DNA of 64,000 nt, from contig JBCBUK010000008.1 of the NCBI GenBank assembly GCA_039818205.1, forward strand, positions 1-64,000. Reading direction: 5' to 3'. Made by a program: the position numbers and the translations under genes. A model generated the notes under the pieces. It saw only the letters and a program-made list of their open reading frames with translations, ran no database searches and was not told where the DNA came from. The DNA is from Verrucomicrobiota bacterium. Lineage in GTDB: Bacteria > Verrucomicrobiota > Verrucomicrobiia > Opitutales > Cerasicoccaceae. This document shows, in pieces, positions 20,050 to 30,370 of this stretch (positions are counted from its first letter, which is position 1; each line of letters starts with the position of its first letter).

Positions 20050-23000
20050 ATGGCCATTGATGTAAAACTATTTCACCGTACTTCCTATCGTTACGATCAG
20101 TTGGTTGCCATGGGGCCCCAGGTCGTGCGGTTGCGCCCGGCACCTCACTGTCGGTCTGAGATCCTCTCATACTCGATGCGGGTGGAACCCGAGGGGCAAT
20201 GGGTAAATTGGCAGCAGGATCCGTTCAGCAATTACCTTGCACGTGTCGTTTTTCCAGAGGAAGTGGACCAGTTTGAGGTCACGATCGACCTTGTCGTCCG
20301 CATGGTTGCGTTCAACCCATTCGATTTCTTCTTGGATGAGGACGCCGAGTTTTCGCCGTTTAAATACAGCGGTGAATTTATTGATGATTTGCGGCCGTAC
20401 TTGAAAACTGAGCTACCCGGGCCATTGCTGAAGAAATGGGTCGACTCGGTTGATCGCAGCAAGAAGCGAACGAATGATTTTCTCGTCGAATTGAATCAGC
20501 GCCTGCAAAGTGAAATCGACTACCTGATTCGGATGGAACCCGGGGTGCAAGATCCCGAGGAAACGCTCAAGCTTGGCCGTGGTTCCTGCCGCGACACCTC
20601 TTGGTTGTTTGTAAACATACTCCGTCATTTGGGAATCGCTGCTCGTTTCGTCTCCGGCTATTCAATTCAGTTAAAGGCGGACGAAAAAGCATTGGATGGT
20701 CCGTCGGGTGTCGCCGAAGATATCTGCGATCTCCACGCGTGGACCGAAGTATTCCTGCCAGGCGCGGGCTGGGTTGGTCTCGACGCGACCTCCGGTCTGT
20801 TTTGTGGGGAAGGGCATATCCCGCTTGCCGCGACGCCAGATCCAAGAAGCGCTGCGCCAATCGACGGCGGATTCGCGGCAGAGGGTGAAGTGACGGATGA
20901 GTTTGAACACGAAATGTGGATCCAACGAATCCACGAGACTCCGCGTGTCACCTATCCGTATGCGCCCGAGCAATGGGAGGAAATTGAGTCTCTTGGGCAT
21001 CAGATCGATGAAGAGATGGAGGAGAAGGATGTACGGCTCACCATGGGCGGTGAGCCAACCTTCGTTTCGATTGATGATTTTGAAAGCCCGGAGTGGACGA
21101 TTGAAGCTGTCGGTCTCGATAAACGCGACAAGTCTGAGGATCTTCTCAAACGTCTTTTCGGCCACTATGGTAAGGGTGGCTTCCTGCACTATGGTCAGGG
21201 TAAATGGTATCCAAGTGAGTCGCTTCCGCGTTGGTCTTACGCCTGTATATGGCGACGTGACGGCCAAAAAATTTGGCAGAACCCAGCACTTCTCGGCGAC
21301 CTGCGCAAAGACTATGGCTTGAATGAGGTTGATGCCCGCAACTTCATGAATCGTTTGTGCGAGAAGCTCGAGCTCGATCCTCAGATGGCGATGGATGGAT
21401 TAGAGGATTCCTGGTATTACCTTTGGCGCGAACGCCGTCTTCCGACCAATGTAGATCCGCTCAATTCAAAACTCGAAGACGAGGAAGAACGCGTTCGGTT
21501 GGCCAAAGTCTTTGAGCAGGGATTGAAGAAGGTGATTGGCTGCGCGCTTCCGATCGAGCGCGGCTGGGTCAACGGGCGATATGCCTGGTTGACTGGGCCA
21601 TGGTTCCTGCGACCAGAAACGCTTTTCCTGATTCCCGGTGACTCACCGATGGGATTGAGGCTTCCTTTGGATTCACTTCCTTGGCAGGCGCCTTCGGACT
21701 ACCGGTATCTGGGTGAGAGTCCAGTGCCTGCAGACGCTCCGCCGTTGCCAGACTACGAGGCGTTAGCGAACCAATATCGCCGAGATGGAGCAGAGAATCC
21801 GAGCTCGGGTTCCGGTGGTGATATGAGCCGTAGCCGTTTTGACCCGTGGGAAGACTACATGCGTCGCCATGGCGGTGAACGGTCTGAAGGCGTCCCTGGC
21901 ACTTGGCAGATCCCCGTTCATATGCGTCCGCGCCCTGAGCTCATGCAGCGGCCAGACACCACGCCTTTGGACAACACAACGGCGCCTTGGATTGTTCGCA
22001 CAGCGATGTGTGTCGAGGTTCGTGAGGGTAATCTTTTCGTGTTCATGCCGCCCGTGCCTTCGGTCGAAGACTATATCGATTTGCTGGCCGCTATTGAATC
22101 GACTGCGGGTGAACTCGATATTCCCGTAATCATCGAAGGGTATTTGCCGCCGCTGGATAGCCGTCTGGAGCATATCAAGATCACCCCGGATCCCGGTGTT
22201 ATTGAGGTCAATGTTCAGCCATCGCCTACCTGGAAGCACTTGGTTGAGAAGACGGAATTTCTCTACGAAGCCGCAAAACAGTCGCGCTTGGGCGCTAATA
22301 AGTTTGATCAGGACGGCGCCCATTCGGGCACTGGTGGTGGAAATCACATTGTCGTTGGTGCAACCTCGCCGCTGGAAAGCCCACTATTGCGGAATCCCAA
22401 GCTGTTGTCCTCGATGATTTCCTACTGGCATCAGCACCCATCGCTGTCCTATGTCTTCAGTGGCAAGTTCATTGGGCCAACCTCACAGGCGCCACGGATC
22501 GATGAGGCTCGCAACGATAGCATCTACGAGATGGAAATCGCGTTCCGTGAGCTCGACCACCAGCTTGCAGATGGCGGCAAGTGCAAGCCCTGGCTGGTAG
22601 ACCGTATCTTCCGTCACTTGTTAACAGATCTCACGGGCAACACACACCGTGCAGAATTTTGTATCGATAAGCTGTATTCGCCCGATAGCTTTACCGGTCG
22701 TCTTGGTTTGCTTGAAATGCGTGGCTATGAGATGCCACCGCATAGTCAGATGTCGCTGACTCAGCACCTCTTGTTGCGCGCACTGATCAATCGCTTTTGG
22801 GACAAGCCGTTTGAACCGAAACGCTTGGTTCGTTGGGGCACGCAGCTCCATGACCGGTGGATGCTGCCACACTTTAACTTCCGGGATTTTGACGATGTTA
22901 TCCACGATTTGAATCAGTGGGGCATGCCGTTTAAGGCCGAATGGTTCGCGCCCCACTTTGAATTCCGATTTCCGAAGTTTGGCGAAGCTCATTTTAAAGG

Positions 23001-23529
23001 CATGAAGATGGAAATCCGAACTGCCCTTGAGCCATGGTTGACCCTGGGCGAAGAAGCAACGGGCGTCGGTAATGCGCGCTACGTGGACTCTTCGGTTGAG
23101 CGCCTGCAGGTAAAGATCGAAGGCTTAGTCGCGGACCGCTACGAGCTCCACTGCAATGGCTACCGTGTGCCGCTCACGCCAACCGGAGTTGAAGGCGAGT
23201 TCGTTGCAGGCATTAGATTCCGTGCCTGGCAACCACCATCGGCGCTGCACCCAACGATCGAGATCGATTCTCCCTTGTCCTTTGATCTGGTTGACTCCTG
23301 GAATGATACTGTGATCGGCGGTTGCCGTTACCACGTTACTCACCCCGGTGGCTGCGGCTACGATGACTTCCCGGTCAATGCGTTGGCGGCCGAGAGCCGC
23401 CGCCTTAGTCGTTTCGAGGCGATTGGCCATACCCCTGGCGCGCAAGCCGGCATCGCCCGTGAAAAGATTTCTGTCGAATTCCCAATGACCCTAGATTTGC
23501 GAGAACCTAAAACCCTCACCGCGTACTAA
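20050..23529 (+). CDS. Transglutaminase-like domain fused to DUF2126 putative COOH-NH2 amidoligase
   Basis: N-terminal H.TSYRY..VRLRPAPH, triad GSCRD/DLHAW/GLDAT, then LTMGGEPTFVS, TPDPGVIEVN, GTGGGNH, HRAEFCIDK, GRLGLLEMR. Confidence 0.93.
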   Translation: MAIDVKLFHRTSYRYDQLVAMGPQVVRLRPAPHCRSEILSYSMRVEPEGQWVNWQQDPFSNYLARVVFPEEVDQFEVTIDLVVRMVAFNPFDFFLDEDAEFSPFKYSGEFIDDLRPYLKTELPGPLLKKWVDSVDRSKKRTNDFLVELNQRLQSEIDYLIRMEPGVQDPEETLKLGRGSCRDTSWLFVNILRHLGIAARFVSGYSIQLKADEKALDGPSGVAEDICDLHAWTEVFLPGAGWVGLDATSGLFCGEGHIPLAATPDPRSAAPIDGGFAAEGEVTDEFEHEMWIQRIHETPRVTYPYAPEQWEEIESLGHQIDEEMEEKDVRLTMGGEPTFVSIDDFESPEWTIEAVGLDKRDKSEDLLKRLFGHYGKGGFLHYGQGKWYPSESLPRWSYACIWRRDGQKIWQNPALLGDLRKDYGLNEVDARNFMNRLCEKLELDPQMAMDGLEDSWYYLWRERRLPTNVDPLNSKLEDEEERVRLAKVFEQGLKKVIGCALPIERGWVNGRYAWLTGPWFLRPETLFLIPGDSPMGLRLPLDSLPWQAPSDYRYLGESPVPADAPPLPDYEALANQYRRDGAENPSSGSGGDMSRSRFDPWEDYMRRHGGERSEGVPGTWQIPVHMRPRPELMQRPDTTPLDNTTAPWIVRTAMCVEVREGNLFVFMPPVPSVEDYIDLLAAIESTAGELDIPVIIEGYLPPLDSRLEHIKITPDPGVIEVNVQPSPTWKHLVEKTEFLYEAAKQSRLGANKFDQDGAHSGTGGGNHIVVGATSPLESPLLRNPKLLSSMISYWHQHPSLSYVFSGKFIGPTSQAPRIDEARNDSIYEMEIAFRELDHQLADGGKCKPWLVDRIFRHLLTDLTGNTHRAEFCIDKLYSPDSFTGRLGLLEMRGYEMPPHSQMSLTQHLLLRALINRFWDKPFEPKRLVRWGTQLHDRWMLPHFNFRDFDDVIHDLNQWGMPFKAEWFAPHFEFRFPKFGEAHFKGMKMEIRTALEPWLTLGEEATGVGNARYVDSSVERLQVKIEGLVADRYELHCNGYRVPLTPTGVEGEFVAGIRFRAWQPPSALHPTIEIDSPLSFDLVDSWNDTVIGGCRYHVTHPGGCGYDDFPVNALAAESRRLSRFEAIGHTPGAQAGIAREKISVEFPMTLDLREPKTLTAY

Positions 23530-23533
23530 TCAA

Positions 23534-24592
23534 ATGATAACCAGCAGTAGAAAATCAGAACAAATTGGCTTCCAATTTGGAGGCCACAGCAGCGTCACCA
23601 TCAATGGCGACGATGCATCCCTATATATTGGTCGCCTTGATAATTATGGCGAAGCGGCCACCCCTCGATTCCAGATTTGGGCGCTGCCAGCAGCTCCCGC
23701 CTCCGATCTAGTCGAAGGTGTGCTCCTTGCGGAAGCCGAAACGCAGATTCTATCCAGCGGATACTATCTGGAGTATATCTCGTTGAACGCCGACCTCATG
23801 GATAGCGTTCGCGGTCCCCAAACGATTGTCCTGACGGTAAGCCGGGCAGGGCAGGTTGGATCCTACGATGACCTCGTTGTAATGCCCGATCTAGTCGATT
23901 TCTATCACCCGCAGTTATTGCAGCCTGCAGCGGCAAAACTGAGCAGCGATGGATTCTTCGCTTCGGTCGAAGGAATCAGCAACCCGCGTTCGATGGGGTC
24001 CCAGAGTGGGTCGCTTGTCGTTGAGTTTTGGGCGTTGGCTGATGCTGATGGCTTCACCGGGGGTGATTTCCACCTTGGTGGTGTCGAGTATATCGCAGCA
24101 CCTGGTGGCGAAGTTTCCGCGCCAATCGAGTTCTCGGGATCTCCCGTTTATCCAGCAGGCAAGTTTTATCCGTCAATCGTCGTGCGCGAATGGTCTGGCA
24201 ACGGTTACCTCGTGCGTGACCGCATTACCGGCAGCACCGCACTCGAATTCCCACCAGCAGGCGCTGCTGTAGCTGATGCGTTTGATGCACCCGTTGCTGT
24301 GGTTACGGAAGTGAAGAAGACTGAGCCTAAGGCTGAACTGAAGAAGGCTGAGAAAGAAGAGCCGAAAGAAAAGAAAGCAGCAGCACCCGTTGCGAAGAAG
24401 GAAACGGCTTCCAAGGTAGCGAAAAAGGTGGCCGTCAAGAAGGCTGAGCCAAAGGAGGCGCCAAAAGCTGAAGTCAAAAAAGCAGAGCCAAAGCCCGAAG
24501 CGAAGAAGGCTGCAGTCAAGAAAGTCGCCAAGAAAGAAGCGGCCGTAAAGACTTCGAAGAAGATCACCAAAAAGACCGGCAAGAAGAAGTAA
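23534..24592 (+). CDS. Unknown protein: duplicated beta-rich domain plus Lys/Ala/Glu/Pro-rich histone-H1-like tail
   Basis: Two modules each containing a WAL motif (FQIWAL, VEFWAL); 35 Lys in the last 94 aa; starts 4 nt after the upstream stop. Confidence 0.85.
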   Translation: MITSSRKSEQIGFQFGGHSSVTINGDDASLYIGRLDNYGEAATPRFQIWALPAAPASDLVEGVLLAEAETQILSSGYYLEYISLNADLMDSVRGPQTIVLTVSRAGQVGSYDDLVVMPDLVDFYHPQLLQPAAAKLSSDGFFASVEGISNPRSMGSQSGSLVVEFWALADADGFTGGDFHLGGVEYIAAPGGEVSAPIEFSGSPVYPAGKFYPSIVVREWSGNGYLVRDRITGSTALEFPPAGAAVADAFDAPVAVVTEVKKTEPKAELKKAEKEEPKEKKAAAPVAKKETASKVAKKVAVKKAEPKEAPKAEVKKAEPKPEAKKAAVKKVAKKEAAVKTSKKITKKTGKKK

Positions 24593-24617
24593 TTACTTTG
24601 CCAGACAAAGCATTCCG

Positions 24618-24654
24618 AAGCCGTCAGCGAATAGTTGACGGCTTTTTCATTTTT
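24618..24654 (+). terminator. Rho-independent terminator
   Basis: AAGCCGTCAG-loop-TTGACGGCTT followed by a T-rich run. Confidence 0.85.
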
Positions 24655-24775
24655 GGTTGAGAAATAGCGTCGAATTACCGGTTGCCAGCATTGAATCGAA
24701 TTTCGTAGGATTATCCGCTAAGTTATTAAATGACGTCGTGAGTTCGGATCGGCGCATTCGTGGCGAACCGTTCAG

Positions 24776-27328
24776 ATGCAGCAACAAAACCAACCATTAA
24801 GCCCCCTGGAAGTTGATTCCGGATGGCTGGCTTCCTATCAGCAGACTAGGGGATTCTTCGATGAGTGGAAATCTTCCAAAGGTGCGGTTGCAATGCATTG
24901 GGACGAGTTTTTTCGCAAACTCGATCGCCTTGGCGAAAGCGACTATCGCCAACGGGAAGACCAGTTGGAGCGAATGATTGCCGAGAATGGCATAACCTAC
25001 AATGTCTACTCGGACCCTGAGAATACTAATCGCCTCTGGAAAATGGATGCTATTCCGTTACTTCTGGATCAGGCGGAGTTCGATGAGATTGAACGGGCGC
25101 AAAGCCAACGGTCTCGGTTGTTGAATTTGATTCTTGAAGACATCTACGGCGATCAAGTCCTTCTAAAAGAAAACCTATATCCGGTCGGCCTGGTTTTTGG
25201 CAACCCGACGTTTCTACGCCCCGTACATGGCCTTCTTCCCAAAGGACGCCAGTTCCTGCACAATTACTCGTCGGACCTTGCACGCTCGCCAGACGGAAAC
25301 TGGTGGTGTCTGACGGACCGGCTCGATGCGCCATCTGGTCTTGGATACTCCATTGAGAACCGCGTCATTTCGACGAGGGTTATGGCCGATTTGATGGCTG
25401 GGCATCCGGTTCGCAGGCTTGCATCTTACCTGGGACATTTCGCCGATGCGCTCAAGCAGGCTTCGCCCCGAACGGTTGAGAACCCATTCGTTGTCTTGCT
25501 CACTCCGGGTTCATACAACGAGACCTATTTTGAACAATCCTATTTAGCACGGACCCTGGGCTTTCCGTTGGTGGAAGGCGCTGATCTCACGGTTAGAGAT
25601 GACCGAGTCTACCTCAAGACGATCCATGGGATGAAGCGGGTCGATGTTATTTTTCGGCGGCTCGACTCCGAATGGTGCGACCCTTTGGAGTTTCGATCCG
25701 ATTCGCTGCTTGGCGTGCCCGGGTTAATAAATGCCATCCGCCAGGATCAAGTTTCAGTCGTGAATGCACCAGGAGTTGGTGTTTTGGAGACACCGGCATT
25801 GGCCGCGTTCCTTCCATTGATTTGTCCCCGCCTACTTGGCGAAGATCTGCTGATGCCTTCAATTGCCACTTGGTGGTGTGGACAGAAGAATGAACGCCAG
25901 TACGTCCTCGACAATCTCGAGCATCTAGTCATCAAGCCGACCTTTCCTTCGCTTAATCAGAAGAGTTATTTTGGTCCGTCGTTAACGAAAAAGGCGCTCT
26001 CAGAGTTGAAAGAGAAGATTCGTTCGCATCCGGATGAGTTTACGGCCCAAGAGATGGTTAAGCAGGCAACGACGCCCGTGTACGATGATGAGTCGACCAG
26101 CCTAGTGCCTCGGCACTTTATGGTGCGGACGTTTCAAGTTAGTGGAGACGAAAGTCGACCGTTTACCATGCCCGGTGGTCTCTGCCGTGTTGCTCACTCG
26201 GCAATTTCTCCTGACGTTTCGATGCAGGTTGGGGGCATTAGTAAAGACGTTTGGGTAATTGGCGACAGCGACGCCCATAAGGAACAGGCACTCGTTCAGC
26301 AGTTTTTTGCGAAGCAATCGCTTTCTATTGGTTCGAAAACTCCATTGAGCAGTCGTCTGGCTGATAGCCTGTATTGGGTCGGCCGTTACTTTGATCGCGC
26401 TGACGGAATGATCCGCGGGATCCTGGTAATCATAAATGCGCTGCGAGAGATTCGAAACGAGGACGACCTCGAAAACGTGCTGCGCTTTGTCGAAGGTTTC
26501 TCACCCAATCTCAATCTTGAGCAAATTCGGGCGTCGATGAAGCCGGAAGTCGGCGTCACCGAAGTTGTCGAGCAGGCGCTCCGTCAGATCATCGCGGGGC
26601 CCAGTTTTCCTGATCGTCTAACCCATGTTTTGTCGGAGCTCGGCCGCGTTACGTTTTCGGTGAAGGAACTCATCTCAGCTGATTTACCCCGCTTACTTCG
26701 CAGCATGCCGATTGATGAGCTTCCTAAGCTCTGTGAGGGTCGCTTGATCGGCGACCAAGAGGTTTACGTGGTGCTCACGCAACTGCAGGACTCCATGGCG
26801 GCATTCGCTGGAATCATTGCTGAGAATACCGTGCGTGGCCATGATTGGGTGTTTATAAATCTTGGGCGGAGAATCGAGCGCAGCATGAACTTATCGGTGA
26901 TCCTACGGAGTTGTCTCGAAGCTCCGGTTTCCAGCGAAGGGTTTCTCCTTTGGAATTTGCTTGAATACACCGATAGCGCGGTAACCTATCGGCGGCGCTT
27001 TTTGACGCGGATGCGGGTCGATGCCGTGTGTCAGCTGATTATCATTGATCCAACGAATCCGCGTTCACTCGCATTTCAGTTTGAGGAAATCCTCAATAGC
27101 GTTCGCTTGTTACCGCATTACGATCCATCCAACAACACAGCGATCGATCGCCTAGCACTCAAAGCTTATAGTGACACCGTTATTCTGGAGCCATCGGAGT
27201 TGTATCTGGTTGAAGATGGCTACCGTCCAAATGTGAGGTCCTTCCTGCGAGATTCGTATGATCACCTCATCCGGCTTTCCAACGAACTAAGTCATTACTA
27301 TTTTTCCTTCGTATCTCGCGGCCTGTGA
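24776..27328 (+). CDS. Circularly permuted type-2 ATP-grasp protein fused to alpha-E (DUF403) domain
   Basis: ENGITYNVY, APSGLGYSIENR, LTPG.YNETYFEQ, LVEGADL, DPLEFRSDSLLGVPG, GGISKDVWV; alpha-E motifs LYWVGRYFDRA, LGRRIERS, NPRSLAFQ. Confidence 0.93.
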   Translation: MQQQNQPLSPLEVDSGWLASYQQTRGFFDEWKSSKGAVAMHWDEFFRKLDRLGESDYRQREDQLERMIAENGITYNVYSDPENTNRLWKMDAIPLLLDQAEFDEIERAQSQRSRLLNLILEDIYGDQVLLKENLYPVGLVFGNPTFLRPVHGLLPKGRQFLHNYSSDLARSPDGNWWCLTDRLDAPSGLGYSIENRVISTRVMADLMAGHPVRRLASYLGHFADALKQASPRTVENPFVVLLTPGSYNETYFEQSYLARTLGFPLVEGADLTVRDDRVYLKTIHGMKRVDVIFRRLDSEWCDPLEFRSDSLLGVPGLINAIRQDQVSVVNAPGVGVLETPALAAFLPLICPRLLGEDLLMPSIATWWCGQKNERQYVLDNLEHLVIKPTFPSLNQKSYFGPSLTKKALSELKEKIRSHPDEFTAQEMVKQATTPVYDDESTSLVPRHFMVRTFQVSGDESRPFTMPGGLCRVAHSAISPDVSMQVGGISKDVWVIGDSDAHKEQALVQQFFAKQSLSIGSKTPLSSRLADSLYWVGRYFDRADGMIRGILVIINALREIRNEDDLENVLRFVEGFSPNLNLEQIRASMKPEVGVTEVVEQALRQIIAGPSFPDRLTHVLSELGRVTFSVKELISADLPRLLRSMPIDELPKLCEGRLIGDQEVYVVLTQLQDSMAAFAGIIAENTVRGHDWVFINLGRRIERSMNLSVILRSCLEAPVSSEGFLLWNLLEYTDSAVTYRRRFLTRMRVDAVCQLIIIDPTNPRSLAFQFEEILNSVRLLPHYDPSNNTAIDRLALKAYSDTVILEPSELYLVEDGYRPNVRSFLRDSYDHLIRLSNELSHYYFSFVSRGL

Positions 27329-28215
27329 TTAGTTATTCCATCACACATAAGACGATCTACCGCTACCAGAGTCCGGTTGCGTGCTCGCATCATGTGGCTC
27401 GGCTCAAGGCAGTTAGTAACTTCCGTCAGTCATGCGAGGCGTTTCAATTGGCGATCTCTCCCGAGCCCGAACAGTTAATTGAGCGAGTCGATTATTTTGG
27501 GAACCATGTGCATCAGTTTTCGCTGCAGAAACCGCATCAAGAGTTCGTCGCAGAATCAAAAAGCATTGTAGCGGTCGAGTCCCCTGGCGCTCCATTCCCG
27601 GAGATTGCTGCAACGTGTCATGAGGTGAGAGAGGCGCTGCATCGATCGGACAATGAAGAGCTGTTTGACGCAATGCAGTTTACTTACCCGTCAACCGTGG
27701 TTCGTTTCGATGACGCGATCGCGGATTTTGCGAGTCCATTCTTTCCCGATGATGGGCGTTTTCTAAGCGGTGTCCTGGAGCTCGCAGAGCATATCTATGA
27801 GCATTTTGTCTTTGATCCAACCGCGACGGATGTGACAACGCCGGTTAATGACGTCCTAACGATGAAGCGGGGCGTTTGCCAGGACTTCGCACAATTTGCG
27901 ATCGCCTGTATTCGCTCGATGGGTTTACCGGTTCGTTATGTGAGCGGGTATTTGCTCACGAATCCTCCAGAAGGGCAAAAGCGGTTGGAGGGCGCTGATG
28001 CCTCGCACGCCTGGATTTCTATTTTTGATCCGGACCTGGGGTGGATCGATGTCGATCCAACCAACAACATGATCTGTGGCAACCAACATATTGTGGTCGG
28101 TCACGGTCGCGATTTTCAGGATGTCAGTTTGATCGGCGGCGCTGTGACGGGCGGCGGTAGCCATCAAATTGAAGTCGCTGTAACCGTGACCCCAATTGAA
28201 TCCGTCAGGGCTTAA
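27325..28215 (+). CDS. Transglutaminase family protein with bacterial N-terminal domain
   Basis: H.TIYRY, DYFGN, triad GVCQDF/ASHAW/DVDPTN, GRDFQDV; GTGA overlap with the upstream gene. Confidence 0.93.
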   Translation: MISYSITHKTIYRYQSPVACSHHVARLKAVSNFRQSCEAFQLAISPEPEQLIERVDYFGNHVHQFSLQKPHQEFVAESKSIVAVESPGAPFPEIAATCHEVREALHRSDNEELFDAMQFTYPSTVVRFDDAIADFASPFFPDDGRFLSGVLELAEHIYEHFVFDPTATDVTTPVNDVLTMKRGVCQDFAQFAIACIRSMGLPVRYVSGYLLTNPPEGQKRLEGADASHAWISIFDPDLGWIDVDPTNNMICGNQHIVVGHGRDFQDVSLIGGAVTGGGSHQIEVAVTVTPIESVRA

Positions 28216-28359
28216 TCAAAACGCCTCATCGGGTAGCGTTTAGGCTCATCTTTGCCGATTCGGTCAGTTGGATATCAAGTAGATACTTATTCGTCTCAGA
28301 ATCATTTTTAGCAGCAGTGATTACGGCAGACAGGTTTAGTTGTTGCCGGATGCTGGCTC

Positions 28360-28391
28360 AAAAAAAAAGCGCCCAGAAAGGGCGCCTTTTC
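28360..28391 (-). terminator. Intrinsic terminator downstream of dxs, possibly bidirectional
   Basis: A9-GCGCCC-agaaa-GGGCGC-CTTTT. Confidence 0.8.
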
Positions 28392-28420
28392 AAAAGAAAC
28401 TGAATAACTGAATTGAAGCC

Positions 28421-30358
28421 TTACTTGCCGCTTGGGAACTGGAGGGCTTCTTCTTGGCGGTTATCGCTTTTGAGCGCGTTGAAACGTTCGAGAATAGTCG
28501 CCTCCATGTCCGCTGGAGACATGCCGTTGAGTCCACGGAGCTCCTCGACGGTGCTACCATGAGTAACGAACTTGTCAGGCCAAGCGATTCGAGCAACTGG
28601 AGTCTCAAGTCCGGCGTCTTGCAGCTCTTCTAGAACAGCACTGCCAAAGCCACCGCGAAGAACGTTTTCTTCAATCGTCGCGATCATTCGGCAGGATTTC
28701 GCGTGCTCGACCAAAAGATCGGCGTCGATTGGCTTGGCGAAACGGGCGTTTGTGACGCCAACGCTCAGACCCTGCTCGGCGGAAATCTTGCTCGCAAGTT
28801 TGAGTGCATCGTGGACCATCGGGCCAATTGCCCAGATCATGATGTCTTCGCCTTCGCGGATAAGTTCTGCCTTGCCGATTTCAACGGACTCCGGCTCGTC
28901 CTTCATCTTGACGCCAACACCAGAACCACGTGGGTAACGGATGAACGTGGCGCCCTTGTGGTCGATGCCGGTCTTCATCATGTCGACGAGTTCGTCTTCG
29001 TCCTTTGGAGCCATAATAATGGCGCCTGGGACGCATCGCAGGTAGGAGATGTCGAAGAGACCGTGGTGCGTTGGTCCGTCGTTGGGAGAGAGGCCAGCAC
29101 GGTCCATACAGAACATTACATCGAGATCCTGGAGGCAAACGTCGTGGATAATGCAGTCGTAGGCGCGCTGCAGGAATGTCGAGTAGATTGCGCACACGGG
29201 CTTGATTCCGCTCGTTGCGAGACCACTTGCGAAGAGCACGGCGTGTTCTTCAGCGATGCCGACATCGAAATATTGGCCAGGAACTTCGTCACGCAAATAT
29301 TTCAAGCCAGTTCCCGAAGGCATGGCTCCGGTAATACCGACCACGCGCTTATCCTTTTTGGCAAAATCGACCAAAGCGCGACCGAATACGTCTTGGTAGA
29401 CGGGCGGCTTGCCGGGCTTACTTGGCTTGGACTCCCCGGTATTGGGGCAGAAAGGACTGGTGCCGTGGAACTTCTCTGGATTGTTAAGTGCCGCATTGAA
29501 GCCCTTACCCTTGGTGGTAAGTACGTGCAGGATAACCGGTTCTTCGGAGTTCTTGGCAAAGTCGAGATACTGCTCGAGCATATCCTGATCGTGTCCATCG
29601 ACTGGTCCAATGTAACGCAGGTCATACTTTTCGAAGAGTGATGATTCCTGGTCGCTGAAAAAGTCCTTGGTTTCAGCTTTTACCTTCTTGCCGATACGGC
29701 GGATCGTATTGCCGCCGGGAACGGACTCCAGGAAGCCTTCCAGGTCGTTGTGAAGGCGGTTGTATACTGGATTAGTGATCAGCTCATTGAGATAGTTCGG
29801 GATGGCTCCAACGTTTGGTGCGATCGACCATTTGTTATCGTTGAGAATAACGATCAGGCGCTTGGTAGACTGGCGGATATTGTTGAGCGCCTCCATGGTG
29901 ATGCCGCAGGTGAGGGCGGCGTCGCCGATAACGGCCACGACGTGTTCGTCACTGCCATTCAGATCCCGCGCGGTTGCCATACCCAAAGCCGCGGACAAAG
30001 CGGTGCCCGCGTGTCCGGCACCGTAGCAATCGTGCTCACTCTCTTCACGAGTCAAGAAACCAGATAGTCCACCCGATGAGCGGATCTTGCGGAATTTCTC
30101 TCCAAACCGCCCGGTGAGGAGCTTGTGGACGTACCCCTGGTGGGCGACGTCGAACACGAAGCGGTCTTTGGGCGTGGAAAATTTTCGGTGCAGCGCAATG
30201 GTCAACTCAACGACGCCGAGATTGGGGCCGATGTGGCCTCCATTGTCAGAGGTCACCTGGATGACTTCTTGACGAATTTCTTCGGCCAATTGTGGCAATT
30301 GATCGGGGGAGAGCGCTTTAACGTCCTCCGGACCCTTGATACTCGGGAGCAATTCCAT
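28421..30358 (-). CDS. dxs: 1-deoxy-D-xylulose-5-phosphate synthase
   Basis: GGHIGPNLGVVEL, DVAHQGYVHK, GDAA..EALN..NDN, DVGIAEEHAV, DGPTHHG, IRYPRG. Confidence 0.98.
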   Translation of the reverse strand: MELLPSIKGPEDVKALSPDQLPQLAEEIRQEVIQVTSDNGGHIGPNLGVVELTIALHRKFSTPKDRFVFDVAHQGYVHKLLTGRFGEKFRKIRSSGGLSGFLTREESEHDCYGAGHAGTALSAALGMATARDLNGSDEHVVAVIGDAALTCGITMEALNNIRQSTKRLIVILNDNKWSIAPNVGAIPNYLNELITNPVYNRLHNDLEGFLESVPGGNTIRRIGKKVKAETKDFFSDQESSLFEKYDLRYIGPVDGHDQDMLEQYLDFAKNSEEPVILHVLTTKGKGFNAALNNPEKFHGTSPFCPNTGESKPSKPGKPPVYQDVFGRALVDFAKKDKRVVGITGAMPSGTGLKYLRDEVPGQYFDVGIAEEHAVLFASGLATSGIKPVCAIYSTFLQRAYDCIIHDVCLQDLDVMFCMDRAGLSPNDGPTHHGLFDISYLRCVPGAIIMAPKDEDELVDMMKTGIDHKGATFIRYPRGSGVGVKMKDEPESVEIGKAELIREGEDIMIWAIGPMVHDALKLASKISAEQGLSVGVTNARFAKPIDADLLVEHAKSCRMIATIEENVLRGGFGSAVLEELQDAGLETPVARIAWPDKFVTHGSTVEELRGLNGMSPADMEATILERFNALKSDNRQEEALQFPSGK

Positions 30359-30370
30359 ATTAAGCAGTCG

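Noticed and set aside
28703..29641. 312-aa plus-strand ORF
   Set aside because: Antisense shadow of dxs.
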